Of a DNA stretch of 64,000 nucleotides, positions 29,729-43,669 are shown one piece after another. The stretch is from NCBI RefSeq assembly GCF_006345805.1, contig NC_042998.1:118978001-119042000 (forward strand), read 5' to 3'. Positions within the stretch are counted from its first letter, which is position 1; each line of letters starts with the position of its first letter. The notes beneath the pieces are model-generated. The model worked only from the letters and a program-made list of their open reading frames with translations, was not told the DNA's origin and did no database searches. A program made the translations under genes and the position numbers. The stretch comes from Octopus sinensis. Lineage: Eukaryota.

Positions 29729-31811
29729 CACATTTTCTCAATTTCAATGAGTAGGTCCTTATATTTTCTGAGCTTGTCAAACTCTTTCGCTGAGATATTA
29801 TGATCACAGGGGATGCTCATGTCGATCAATAAGCAAACTTTATTGTTTTGGTCTTTCACAACAATATCTGGTTTATTGGCCTTGATGGTTCGGTCTGTAT
29901 GTACTGGAAAGTCCCACAGAATGGTTACATTTTCTCCTTCAGTTACAACCTCAGGGTGGTGATTATACCACTTGTCGGCAGTTTTGATATTGTAATGCCG
30001 ACTTATTAGCCAGTGGAGATATTGGCCAACTCTGTCATGTCTTAATTTATACTCCACTGGTGCTAAGACTTTACATCCAGAGATTAGGTGGTCCACTTTT
30101 CAATCATGTCGTTGCAGAATCGGCATTTTGGGTCTGCTCCATTTTTCATTACATTGGCCTGGTAGTTCCGGGTTAATAGGCTTTGGTCTTGAGCAGCCAG
30201 GATGAAACCTTCGCTCTCTGCTTTTAGCCCTGAGCTCCGCAGCCACTGATGGGTTTGCTTCTGGTCAACATCAGCTTGTTTGCTGCGGGTCACATATTTG
30301 CCGTGCAGAGGTTTCTCCTCCCACCTATCAGCCAATTGCTCGTGCGCTTTTTTCATTGCCATCATTTTCACCTTCTTTGCAACAATAGTTGCCGTACTTC
30401 CCTCGGATTGTTCAGTTTGGGTATCCTGCACGAGATCAATAGCAAATTTTTTGCTTTCCTTGATGATAGAATGAAGCTTCTTTCGTCTCTCGTGATTTTC
30501 CACGAGCTTTAGCATCCAGTCATTCGATATTTCGAGATATTGGCCAGTCCAATTGTGGTTGTTTTGTAAGCTAGTTCAAATTGGATCAGGCCTCGACCTC
30601 CTTGGGCTCTGGGAAGGTAAAGGCGATCTACGTCTGCCTTTGGGTGGTGCATCCTATTACAACTCAGCAGCTTGCGTATATTTCTATCTATATTCTTTAC
30701 TTCACTCATATTCCAGTTCAACACATTGTAGCTATAAGTAACAACTGGAACTGCTAAGGAATTTATAGCTAACACCTTGTTACGTGCATTTAGTTCAGAT
30801 TTCAGGACTGCACGAACTCTCCTATAACATTCCTTCCTGATTTTCTCTTTCATGCTTGCATGCTGAATACCAGAGCCTTCATTTATCCCTAAATATTTGT
30901 ATGTCTGTTCTTGCTCAAGCTCTCTTATGACTGTGTCAACATCTAACACTTCTGGAAAGTGGCCTTGGCACACTTCTCAAGTCCAAACTCCATCCCGATG
31001 TCATCGCTGAATGCTTTCACGGTGCGCAATAGGCCTTCAAGTTCATTATTGTCTTTACCATAAAGTTTTGAGTCATCCATATAAAATAGATGGCTTATTT
31101 TTTTATTGGCAATTTTATACCCATACCCTGTTCTGTTTAATTCACTTGTAAGGGGTATTAGGGCTATGCAGAATATTAAAGGTGAAAGTGAGTCACCTTG
31201 AAAAATTCCACAGTTGATGTTTATATTTTCTGAGGCAAGTACTCCATTAGAGTGGTATAATTGGAGATTCGTATTCCACAACGACATATTGTGCTTCAGG
31301 AAGTTTGAAATCACAGGGGAAATTTTAAAGATGTCCAGCGATCTCAAGATCCATGGATGCGGTATACTGTCGAAGGCCTTTTTATAGTCAATCCATGCGG
31401 TGCTGAGATTTCTGCGCTTGTTGTGACAGTTCTCAAGGATCATACGATTGATTAGCAGTTGATCTTTGCATCCGTAAGAGCCTCAGCGGCACCCTTTTTG
31501 TTCAATGGGGAAAATATCGTTCTTCTCTATGAATGCATATGTTTTCTCCGCCAGGATAGATATTAGGATTTTATACGTGGTGGATAGACAGGTTATAGGC
31601 CGATAGTTTTTTGGAAGGTTGGTTTCGTTATTCTTTGGGAGTAGGTAAGTAATGCCACTTGCTAACCATTGAGGTGTTTTCTTTGGGTCTCTCAAAATTC
31701 CATTGAGCAGCTGAACTAGCTTGCCGTGTGCGCACGGGAGCGATGCGAGCCAGAAATTCGGCACCCTATCTTTACCGGGGGATTTCCAATTATGGGCCTT
31801 CGTGAGTGCCT
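29729..31811 (-). mobile_element. Second R4/Dong-clade element, 5'- and 3'-truncated
   Basis: Minus ORFs: NWKSPGKD, NYRPITCL, WIDYKKAFDSIPH, GIFQGDSLSPL, FYMDD, RLYLPRAQGGRGL, AAQDQSL, CRFC, LRHD, KPDIVV..IDMSIP. Confidence 0.95.
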
Positions 31812-31813
31812 TA

Positions 31814-31815
31814 TA

Positions 31816-31872
<57 letters not shown>

Positions 31873-31932
31873 ACGATCACAACAGCAACAACAATAAGAA
31901 GAAGAACAATAATAATAATAATAATAATTAAT

Positions 31933-32005
<73 letters not shown>
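31814..32005. repeat. (TTA)n array followed by oppositely oriented (TAA)n array
   Basis: Direct sequence; strand switch around 31872-31905. Confidence 0.95.
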
Positions 32006-32006
<1 letters not shown>

Positions 32007-32374
32007 TAATACCGCATGGACCTGTGACAGCCAGGTGCCGAGAAGCAGGAATTAAATAGTAAAAACAATGAAAGAAAGTTGTCTTAATATAAGCCATCTC
32101 AGCAAACTGAAAGATTTTTCTGATACATATACACAAAAAATAGCTTCCCCCGATGCACTGCCACAGCAACATGTGCGTAAAAATGTAAACATTTGGATAG
32201 CAATATTTTATACGCAAACTGCAAATCTGTGAGTAAAATTTTAATTTAAAAATTTTAAATATTAATTACATATACATTCACATTTATACAAGACATTTAT
32301 ATATGTGCACATTGCTGTTTCTTCTCGGTCTCTCGCTGGTACATCAATAATAATGATAACTACGAGAGAAACAT

Positions 32375-33095
32375 ATACAGTGACAAAGCAGTTCCAAATG
32401 AAGTAAAAGCTAGAAAGAAAAATAGCATGGATAGATTAAAGGAAGGCCTCATGGATAAATGAATGTTTTAGTATATTCAGTATAGCAGACACCACAAGAG
32501 AATTAATTTGCTTTAGAATGAAGAAATGGAAACAAGATCTATACTCAGGTGACACACTGTTAGGGAAAGTTAATATAGAAAGAGGAATTTTCCAGGGGGC
32601 TCGTTGTTCCCTTTAATATTTGTCTGTTTGATCTCTGTCAGTTTAGTATTAAGGAAGACATAGGCAGGCTATCAATTCAGAATAGTAAGGGGAAAATTAA
32701 CCATTTGCTCTACATGGATGACCTGAAGTTCTTTTAGTAAGAATGAAAAAGAGAATTCTTAATACAGACGGTAAGACACTTCAGCAAAGATACAGGCATG
32801 GAATTTGGCATAGATAAGTGAAGGCATCCAATTACCAAATGGCTATTGAAAGGAGGAGATAGTTATAAGTATCTAGGAGTATTAGAATCTGACAGAGTGC
32901 CAACTGTAGAAATGAAAACGACATTTGAGGAGTATATTAGAAGGTGAGGAAGCTAATGAAACCAAAGCTAAATGGTCCGAATCTAGAGAGAGCTGTAAAT
33001 ATTTAGACAGTACCATTACTTAGATACTCATCAGCTTTTGTAGATCGGACAAAAATCTGAAGTAGCAAAGCTAGGCAGAAGAACTAGGAAGGAAT
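32375..33095 (+). mobile_element. Third R4/Dong-clade RT fragment (old)
   Basis: AWID*RKA, KKWKQDLYSGDTLLGKVNIERGIFQG, KINHLLYMDDLK, YKYLGVLE. Confidence 0.88.
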
Positions 33096-33109
33096 TCAAT
33101 AAATTTAAT

Positions 33110-33230
33110 CACAAGGCTTTAATCGTCAGGAAGCTATAGTAGAAGACTCGTGTCGAAAGTGCCACACAGTGGGACTGAACTTCGATACATATGGTTGGGA
33201 AGCAAAATTCTTAACACACAGCGACACCTA
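33110..33230 (-). mobile_element. SINE family B 5' fragment
   Basis: acaaggcttt..gctatagtagaagac..gccacacagtgggactgaac..tggttgggaagcaa. Confidence 0.75.
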
Positions 33231-33680
33231 TTGATATTTCTCTCATAGGACGAAAGATTTTTATAATATATTTATGATATTCTGTTGTAGGTAGCATCAT
33301 TATAGTTTCATTTCTGTGCAGGATTTTTTCCGAGTTTTACATACAAGAATTTCTCGCAAACATAACCAGTAGAAATTGTTCCACAAGATCCTAACTCTAA
33401 CCCTACATCACTTCTGCAATTAAAAATGCCTCAGGTAAAAATTGAATTCGTTTGACGTGATCAAGCCCATTCCTGCCATTTCAACTATGGTTACTGATGA
33501 AATTGGTGTAAGTTTAAACGACCATATATTTAAATATGACTATTAACTTTAAAAACAACAGATGGTAAATTTGAAATTGCTCAAGACTTCAGCAAACCTC
33601 TTTATAGTATGGAGGTTTCACAATTTAGACAGAAATTAACTAACTATAACATCATGCTAGCAATAAATTATGGTATTCCT

Positions 33681-33890
33681 ATACTTGTTTCAGTCATTTG
33701 ACTGCGGCTATGATGGAGCACCGCCTTAAAGGACGTTAGTCGACAAATGAACACCAGGGCTTATTCATTCTAGGCCTAGTATTTATTCTATCAGTAATTT
33801 TTGCCGAACCGCTAAGTTACGGGAACATAAATACATCAACATTGGTTGTCAATGGTGGATGGGGGGAAAAAGAGAAACAAAGACACATAT
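33681..33890 (-). mobile_element. SINE family B 3' half
   Basis: acttgtttcagtcatttgactgcggc..ggagcaccgcc..gccgaaccgctaagttacggg matches 54900-55090. Confidence 0.85.
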
Positions 33891-33968
33891 AAAATGCATA
33901 TACACACATATGTTTATGTATGTATGTATATATGTATGTATGTATGTATATATATATATATTATATAT

Positions 33969-34048
<80 letters not shown>

Positions 34049-34287
34049 CAGGGTGGCCCAAAAGTAGGTTTACAGTTATTCAACTATCTCTTTCGCATTC
34101 ATATAGTAACAGTTTAGATCCTAATTATGAAAAAAACATAAGAAGCTATTATTCTATGCTAATTTAGTTAATTTTTTGCCAAGCTCCCTCTTCAGTTTGT
34201 AAGATAGAAATTTAATGTAATAAAATGTTTTAAAAGAAATTTAAAATGCCTACGTGGTAACTGTAAACCTACTTTTGGGCCACCTTG
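34049..34287. mobile_element. Tc1/mariner-type MITE
   Basis: 29-bp TIRs cagggtggcccaaaagtaggtttacagtt / aactgtaaacctacttttgggccaccttg; left end preceded by TA. Confidence 0.9.
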
Positions 34288-34290
34288 TTG

Positions 34291-34344
<54 letters not shown>

Positions 34345-34348
<4 letters not shown>

Positions 34349-34480
34349 AGGCGCAATGGCTCAGTGGATAGGGCAGCGGACTCGCGGTTGTAGGATCGCG
34401 GTTTCGATCCCCAGGCTCCGGCAGGGGGTGGTGGCGATCCCTCTATACTCTTTCGCCTGAACTTTCTCTCACTCTTCTGT
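34345..34480 (+). mobile_element. tRNA-derived SINE family C (internally deleted)
   Basis: A-box tggctcagtggatagg, anticodon-arm-like gcggactcgcggttgt, B-box ggtttcgatccc. Confidence 0.75.
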
Positions 34481-34482
34481 TG

Positions 34483-34596
34483 GCCTGCCCGAGGCTATAG
34501 TTGAAGACACTTGCCCAAGGTGTCATACAGTGGGACTGAAAACGCAATCATGTAGATGGGAAGCAAGTTTTTTACCACACAGCTACTCCTGCGCCT
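34483..34596 (-). mobile_element. SINE family B 5' fragment
   Basis: gcccgaggctatagttgaagacacttgcccaaggtg..cagtgggactgaa..ttaccacacagctactcctgcgcc. Confidence 0.8.
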
Positions 34597-35409
34597 ATGT
34601 TGATGATATTTATCTCATCTCAAAGGTATTTCATATTGAATCTTATTTTTTCCCCCTAAAGTAGTTAGCAAGTAAAGGCCAGTCAATGTCTGGAATATTT
34701 TGTAATACTATTACTGATTTTCAGTCGTTGTATTATGGCTATGCTGTGGCACTGCTATCGACATTATAAAAATACTTTGATAAGAAAAAGAAACTTTTAT
34801 ATTATTTACTGGTTTCTCAGAATTGAGAAATCTATTGAGCCATTTTTAATAATAGATTTACATCTAACAATCATATTAATCGATTGACATAGACCTAATC
34901 TCGCTATATAGGAAACAGAAAACTAATGGGGTGAAGATAATTATGAAACATATAGGAGAAAATGTGTTTCTTTATATTTTCGACGATAGGACCAATTTGC
35001 GTTCGAAGAGAGAATACAGTATACCTTTGAAATATTAACTTGGCTAAAATGTTAATGTTAAAGCTTCAATATTATGAGATGACAGAGACAACAGAAAAGA
35101 GATTAGCTTTCGATATCCTTTAGGAATATAATGAATACAATTTAACTATGAATTCGGTTTTTTTTCCTTTTCTTTGAGCACATTAGTATCAAACATTAAA
35201 ATTTACTCAGAATTACACTAACATCTAACACCTTACGTAACTGATTCCTGATTCATAGAGAATATGTATAACAAGGATGATGTGCGTAGGAATTCACTGA
35301 AATGAAATACGTATATACACATAAGCGCATATACTAACAGGTATACACATACACACACGCACATACTCACACAAACACTCGCAAACTCACATAGGCACCA
35401 ACATTTGAA

Positions 35410-35580
35410 CCAAATTTCTTCCGCCTTTAAGTTCTGAGTTCAAATGCCTCTGAGGTTTAGTTGCCGTTCATCTTTTCAGGAATCGATGTAATACGTACCT
35501 GTTGAGCACTGGAGCAGATGTAATTGACCACACCCTCCCCTGTAACGTTTCTGACCATGGGCTAAACTTTTAGTCCATTA
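35410..35580 (+). mobile_element. SINE family A, diverged copy
   Basis: gttctgagttcaaat..gccgttcatcttttcagg..gtacctgttgagcactgg..gatgtaattgac. Confidence 0.7.
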
Positions 35581-35653
35581 CACACACACACACACACACA
35601 TACATACACATACACACACATACTCACACGCATACACACACACACACACATAC

Positions 35654-35724
<71 letters not shown>

Positions 35725-36428
35725 AAAGCAAATATATAGTGTACTTTGTATTATGTGTGCATTTCATGGGTTGAATTGCTTATTTTATAATATATATGAT
35801 GGAGATTATATAAGATAGTTTATTAAATCTTCTGTATATTGTTAGTTTCTTGCTGTAATTCGCTTACACATTTTATTTTATAAATATCTATAAAGATATG
35901 GGTTATATACTTGCATGTATATATTCCTTTTATCGATAATATTCTTTATATTTCTTGTATTTCTATCAGGATTTTATGCCCGTTATTTCTATTAATATGT
36001 AGTTAGATTAATATATAGAAACATATAATACATACATGCATGCATCCATAGATACATACATACACACATACATACACACATCCATCCATACATACATACA
36101 TACGTACATAATATTATGTATTATGCAATATTCAATTCATATTATATTTTAAACACTGAATATGCATATTCTTTTATTACATATTACAGATTTTGAAAAC
36201 TTCATTGATTTTCTTAATATTAAATTTCATAATCATTTCATACTATGTACGGGTGTATATATACCTTTATAAATGCATGTGTGTGTTTATATTTGCATTC
36301 ATGTGCACAAGCATGTATAGAAACATATAGGAATAAGTTAGTACATACAAGTATATATATGCATATATGTATGTTATACCCACACATTTGTGTATATAAA
36401 TGTATTATATATATATATATATATATAT

Positions 36429-36471
<43 letters not shown>

Positions 36472-36488
36472 ATATACATATATATATG

Positions 36489-36544
<56 letters not shown>

Positions 36545-39500
36545 GATAGATAGACAGATAGATAGAACGAAGGCGTTAAAAAGGGGGAAAGGTGCAGATA
36601 CAGATAGATACGTATGTGTGTGTCTGTATATATATATATATATCCATTCTTGTTGCTTCTTTCTCGCTTATAATCACCCCACATTACTGTATTGTTAAAA
36701 CAGTATAGTTTTTTTGGTGCATCTAAGTTAGGTACCATATTCAAGTAAATTCATTTAAATTAACTTGAATCTTTATTGCTTTTTATATATATATATTATA
36801 TATATATATAATATATATATATAAAAATATATATATACATATATATATATACATATATGTATATATAAATGTATATATATGTATATATACATACGTAGAT
36901 ATATGTGTGTGCGCGGGGGTGGTTGTTTACCTAGATACACTCACGTATAAGAGTATATGTGCAGTAATGTGCATTAATGTGTGTGAGTATATATATATAT
37001 GTGTGTGTGTCTGTCTGTGTGTGTGTGTGTGGAAGTGCATGTGTTTATTTTATTAGATGAGTGCGGGCGCTTAAAGAATGTGAAACATCTGGTATGCTTT
37101 TATTGATATCCATAAAGTTTTACTTTATAACTATAAATATATAAAAATGAGTGTATGCGCGTGTATTTGTAGGTATGTCATATGGATTATGCATACGACA
37201 GTTGAGTTTTGGTTTTGGTTTTGGTTTTTCCTTTTTCATGTAATCATTTGAGCAAATTCCATAATATTAGTGAAAACTGACATTAACTTAGGGGAAGAGA
37301 AATAGCAAACACGGTTGACGCTGGATTCGAGCCCTGAACGAAGCGAATGATGTCAAATATTGTAATGCGTTAAACATTTCGCTCTATAGCTATTATTAAC
37401 CAACCTGGTGTTCTATGAATATATTCAGAGTTAAATACCTCAGTTGCCGGAGAGAAAAATAGGTAAGCTTAGAAAGAGAATAGGAGTTAGAGATGAATAA
37501 ATGACAAATGGGAAGGAATAAAGTAGAAAGGGATAATTAGGAGCTGAAAGAAATACGAATAGTCCACGTGACAAAAGGTGGTGCGATATTCAAGGAAACG
37601 ATTTTGGCGTTTGAAGAAAACAGGAAAAGCATGCGGATGCAAGCGGATATCTTGATGGTGTCAAGGCTACCGATAGCTATGATGATCACTTTGATATTGC
37701 TGATGGTGATGATAATGACGGGAATGTAGATAAAAGATAAATGGAATGTGGGAAGGAAATATTATCATATACATAACCAAGAATGACAGAAAAAGAATTG
37801 GTTGAAAGATAACTTAGTTTACATATATCTTGTGTTTATCCCGATATGTATTCATGGAAAGAAAATGGGTTTTCTTGAGCATCTGCCTAATTGTGTGGTG
37901 GTCTTAGATTTTAAGAGCTAGCATTAACTGAGATATTCTATAGGATTCAACCAACCATTGTTAAGCACACGCTCTATAGATACATATATTCTGGAGAAAT
38001 AAAGAAAGCTGACTTCTTCATTGTTATTAAATATCGTTTGATGTATTTAGCTAAGAATATTTTCTTTATGTATTTATTCTTATAAAATCATCTCTTTGTG
38101 TATATATCCAGCTACACAGAACTCAAAAACACACTAGCATATTACAACAGAGTATGTATTTATATGTGTGCGCAAATTTTATCTTAAACCACGTAGACAT
38201 CACATTTCTTATGATTACGCAGCCCCGCTTCCGTCACCCTCCTTCAAAACAGTGTATTTTAGTCAATATATTTAGTTTTTCTTTCATATATTTCCTTTTT
38301 GTTTCATTCTTTTTTTTAATCTAAAACTTCTATAAGAGTATATTAATAGTGCATTACTGTTATTAGCTCTTTGTATTTCGAAACGTACCAATACTTGGAA
38401 TCGTAATCTTGCCTTTGCTATTTTACTACTTTACTGCTTCTTATTATGGACAGCCATAATTACATCGATGCCAACAAGTCAATAAAAGGCAATAAATAGC
38501 AACAGAGAGAGAGAGAGAGAGAAGAAGAAGAAGAAGAGAGAGTATGACTGAGTGTGAGAAAGAGTAAGAAACTGCAGCGATAATCACAAAAAAATTTAAG
38601 AAAAACTAATATATATAAAATGCTCAAATGAAATGATTTCGTTCAAAGTCTAGAATGATGTAAAATTGCCAACATGTGTAGGAGGCGAACAATTCTGAAG
38701 AAACTATATCAAATATGATGCATAAATAACGCCAATGTGCTTGAAAAAGTCATACTTTTTGAGATAGGAGATGATTGTACAAAATTATTAATGCTTAGGT
38801 TTAGAGTTTGTTTTTTGTTTTGTTTTTAGTAAAATAATTAAATTTTTTTCAAGGCCGAGTAAAATGAAAATAGATAAAGCACATGACAATTTAGTAGATC
38901 AAATTAATGAGAGGGCATCTATATGGTCACTCGATGCATACAATATTACAGACAATATCTCCACCAAATGACACGCCATTGTCTAAAAACTAGAAACACG
39001 CGTTCGATAATGATGGTCTCGTTACTCGATGTCTAAATAAAACCACCAGCTAAACTGTCTTTGATCATAGAATTTCTGGATCGGGTGCCAAATGGCAATA
39101 ACAAGAAACATTTATATCAGACCAGACGGAAGAAAAGAAATTTCCTGCTACGTGTAATCTTTGTGTAATTTGTCACTTTTCCGAGTTCATTTCTTAAATA
39201 TAATTTGCAACTTCCATCAACTTTCACCCAGACAATGGGACCTAGATGATTCAAACAATTTTCTCTTTCCATCATGTCTTTTATACTTAAATATCTTTAT
39301 CGTTAAACGATCCCGTTTAGTACAATATGTTATTCACTTCACCAAACATTTTCCCATTTCGTTACTTGTTACCTGTCTTCACTTACTACACTGTTGCCCT
39401 GCCCCTTACACAATACAATATTTCTATATTTGAATTCTATAATGCCAATATACGACAAATTGTACTTAACTATTTATTCTATACAAATATCTATATATAA

Positions 39501-39855
39501 ATGTGTATGTGTGTGTGTGTGCTCACTCTCGGTGGTTTTACCGTACAGCCTAACAGCAACCAAAGCTATAACTGCGTCCCAGCACTTCGATGGATTGTCG
39601 TCACATATATTAGTTAATCAATAACTGGGACCTGGACAAGTGCTACTACTCCGGATCTGAGAAATCCTGAGAAAAATACTGGGTTGGAGGTAAATCCATA
39701 CTCCTCAAAACCCTTGACCTCCCGAACCAGGAGTTCCACAACAGGAAGCAGTTTAAAGTCATACACTGGATTATATGTGTGCGTATACACACATATGTAT
39801 ATATACACACACACATCTATATGTATGTATGTATGTATGTATCTATGTATGTATG

Positions 39856-39936
<81 letters not shown>

Positions 39937-40006
39937 GATAAAATTTTCGAAAAGATTTTATCAGTGGCCAGCATATTAAAAAATACTTTTTAAGGTTAAA
40001 TTTATA

Positions 40007-40336
40007 AACAACTTATAAACAAGGGCAAAAGAAAAAAAATTCCAGTGCCTAATATGCCGGAAATAGACCTAAATCATCAATAACCACATATAATTCATCA
40101 TTATAAGCACGCGTCCCAAAGCAAGCCGACAGAAATCGGACCGATTCGGTAATAACGGAATTTTTTAGAAATTTCTGTCGGGTAATAAACGGAATTTTTT
40201 TCAGAAATTTCAGTCGGCTTACTTCGGTACGCGTGCTAATAGTGATGAATTATATGTAGTTATTGAAGATTTAAGTCTATTTTCGGCATATTTGGCACTG
40301 GAAAGTTTTTTCTTTTGCACTTGTTTATAAGTTGTT
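40007..40336. repeat. ~130-bp inverted repeat (foldback) with tandem-duplicated spacer
   Basis: 40007-40136 aligns by eye to the reverse complement of 40207-40336 with scattered mismatches. Confidence 0.9.
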
Positions 40337-40337
40337 G

Positions 40338-40374
<37 letters not shown>

Positions 40375-40459
40375 ATATAATATATATATATAATATATAT
40401 ATATATATACGTATGTGTGTGTGTGTAGAAGTTAGAAAGGTAACACACGAGTTGATGTT

Positions 40460-42459
40460 TATAAAGAAAAAAGACAGGGTAGAAAATGCTAAAATAGTTT
40501 TATCATGAAGTACATTTTAGTACTGGTTTCCGTCGTTTAGACGTTTTCAACTAAAAGTAAAGTAAGGAAAACAATTAAATTGGAGAAACAAAAATAAGTG
40601 AAATGTTTTGTAAATATTTCCAGTCTTCATAAAGGTAAATATTTCCAAAGTCTTCAGATAGTCTGGCTCTCTCTCTCTCTCTTCTTTTGTGAATGCATGG
40701 TAGATAGTAGTAAGTTTGAAGAGAAAGTTTATGAGTAAGAATTGATGGTTTTAGCCGGAGTCACCGAGAAGAAGAAGAAGAAGAAGAAGAAGAAGAAGAA
40801 GAAGAAAAGAAGTGGAGGAGGAGGAAGAAGGAGGAGGGGGTGGAGGAGGAGGGGGAGGAGGAGGAAAAGTAGGAGTAGGGAAAGAGGAAGAAGGAGAAAG
40901 AAAATAAAAATAAAAATACAGAAGTGCTGTGACGCAGAAGATCGTTCGTGGAATCTTCTTTATTCGTCAAATGACCTAAAAGTGACATTTGTGGCCGTAG
41001 CAGTAGTGGTTGGAATTGTTCTAAATTCTTGTAGTAGTTTCATCCGTGGAGGCATTCAAATTAGGTTTATATTTTGCGATAAAAATACTTCCTTGCTAAT
41101 GCGCTGTTTATAGGATGCATTGAATTTATAGAGGGGAAAAATTCTAAAGTTGGGTTGTTCGGTAGTGGCGCAAATATCCATGTGCTCGCTTAATTCTATT
41201 TTTCTGTATTCTCGTATTTTAATTTGTGATCTATGTACCGTCATTCTCTGGTGTAGACTGTTTTTAGTTTGACCAATATATTGTTCTCGACATCCTGGGC
41301 AAGTTAATACATATATTAAGTTTTTCGAAGCACATGTGAAATTGTTTTTCACTGTAAAACTTACACTCTGAAGGAGAATTCTGATCCCTGAATTAGGTTG
41401 ACACATATACCACAGTTAGGTCTTGCGCATTTTTTGCAATCGTTTTCAATGTTGTAGACAAGTATACTTGGACCTGTGTTAGCAGACTTTCATTGACTTG
41501 GGCTGTCTTGTGCTCTTTATGATGGTGTGCGTCTGGAGGATTTGATCCATTTTGTGGTTTCTTTTTATTAAAAGGATGTTCTGGAGGATGGTGTCAAAGG
41601 CGCCATTGTTTAGGTGGTTGTGCGTGCATATGCATGGCAGGCCTTTTGGTTGTAAATCCTTCTTTAGTTTGGGGTGTCTGAGTTCGTGAATATTGAGTTG
41701 TAGGGTACTTTGAAAGCCTATATCATTTAGTGGTAGTGGGTAGTTTCTGCTGATGAGTGTATATTTTAGCTTATGCAGTCATGTATCAGATACTTGTGCT
41801 TGTATCAGATGCGTTAATACAAATCCTTTTTGCCAGGTTGTAAGGGATATTCATTCTAATGGGATGGCATGAGTTGAATGGCAGATATTGCTTGGAGTCC
41901 GTGGGCATGTAATATATGTCTGTTTCTATTTTGTTGTTCGATTTCTTAATGAGGATGTTGAGGAATGGAAGTTGTTGGTGGCTATATTCCATCATAAATT
42001 GAGTATTTATATCACATCCATTCAGAAGTGCTTGAAATTCTTGAAGTCTCTCTATACTTTCGTTCCAAAGAATGAAACAGTCATCTAGATATCTTTTCTA
42101 GTTATTTTCTATGAACAGGGAGTATTGGTTTCCGTATTTTTCTAGTACCCTGCATTAAAGACAGATTTCTAGGTACCCTATGACTAGGTTAGCAAAGGAG
42201 GTAGCCATTGGAATTCGCAATTGCAGTCCCCGATACCTGTCGATAGAAGTTGTCATTGAATATGAAGAAGTTATTTTACAAGATGAATCTTAGTCCTTCT
42301 ATTACGAATTCTTTTTTCATGCGGTGTAGGACTTTATTCGAGTAATTATCTAGCCAAAATTGAATTGCCTCTATAAACTGCTTCTGCTTAAACCACCATT
42401 TCTCTGTACTCATAAACTACCCCTTCAAATTTACTACTACCTACCTACCAAGCGTTCAG

Positions 42460-42496
<37 letters not shown>

Positions 42497-42685
42497 ACTT
42501 CAAGACTTGGCAATATTTACTTATTTGAAGACTATGGAATATTTACAAAACATTACATTTATTTTTTTTCTCCAATTTTATTGTTTTTCTTATTTTACTT
42601 GTAAAAGTCTAAACGACGGAACCGGTACAAAAAGGTACTTCATGATAAAATGCTTTTAGCATTTTCTACTTTGTCTCTTTTTCTT
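40460..42685 (-). mobile_element. Penelope-like element (RT + GIY-YIG), 5'-truncated, with inverted terminal repeat copies
   Basis: FYRQVSGT, KRYLDD, LPFL.ILI..ETDIYYMPTDSKQYLPFNSCHP, and NLIYVLTCPGCREQYIGQT..RMTVH. 40460-40665 is the reverse complement of 42492-42685. Confidence 0.93.
40515..40556 (-). ncRNA. Minimal hammerhead ribozyme, U3:A8 variant, in Penelope pLTR
   Basis: Reverse complement TTTTAG-TTGAAAA-CGTC(taaac)GACG-GAAA-CCAG-T-A-CTAAAA; the decayed inverted copy near 42595-42633 retains ACCGGT. Confidence 0.78.
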
Positions 42686-42709
42686 ATATACATATATATA
42701 TACAAGATA

Positions 42710-43030
42710 GTGATGAGTAGCGGGAACGGGGCCTCAACATCACATATGGTGGATAAATATTTTCTTTACGCAATTTTCAAGTTTTCCACTTAAGAATGTT
42801 GGTAATCTGTCTCCATGCGAGTATACGAGACTTCATACTTTGCTTGGTGGTATGGGATGAGATACGTGAAACACAGATAAGGGGAAGTAACTGATATAAG
42901 GATGTCTTTAATTGTTATTTCTCTTGCATTGGCCTTGGGTACATTGTAGGTGTTGGTAAAAATAGGTCAAATATATGTGGGTTTTGCTTCCAATACAGTT
43001 TATTTGCAGTATCCTAACACATACAAAGTA
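42710..43030 (-). mobile_element. Possible Penelope RT N-terminal fragment
   Basis: YNVPKAN..ILISVTSP..ICDVEAPFP loosely follows Y.LPK.HK..PIIS..FDV.ALF. Confidence 0.3.
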
Positions 43031-43286
43031 GCCTCTTGTTGATGTATGTGCATGCGTATACTGATCATTTTGGGAGATTTGCAACGATTTTAAGCGTTAA
43101 TAAGTTCACTAAAGCACGTTTTACAACTCGCATGATTTTTATAGGTGCGTTATATCTAAATATATATATGGGTTTGAATTCAAATAAGAATTCCCGCTAA
43201 AGAATAAAGAATCTATATTTTATTGTAGATTTTGAATATTATATATAATAATATATGCATACATATTGGAATATATATAATATATA

Positions 43287-43333
<47 letters not shown>

Positions 43334-43669
43334 TAAACATACATACATATTCGGACTAAATATATATATATATATAATATTCAAGTATATTCATATTCGG
43401 ACATTCAACTGTGCCAGCCTTGATTTTCGGCGCAAAATATATTGTCGCATATTAACGCACAGCCGTAGTGTGGAACCTACAAACATTTCTAAGACTAGCA
43501 TTATGACCCGTCGTTGCCAGGTTATAGTGCTAGTGCATGTATATATGTGTATATATATGAGTACATATTGCATGTATATCTATATATATATACATCTACA
43601 CATAAAATACAAAATACAAGGTTATAACTTGATATCGCTAGTGATAACAATACTCAAAATATATAACAG

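Noticed and set aside
31483-32217. 244-aa ORF with poly-L/poly-N fused to RT
   Set aside because: Read-through of TTA/TAA arrays into a 5'-truncated element.
40742-41113. Lys/Arg-rich protamine-like ORF
   Set aside because: (GAA)n/(GGA)n repeat, antisense within the Penelope 3' region.
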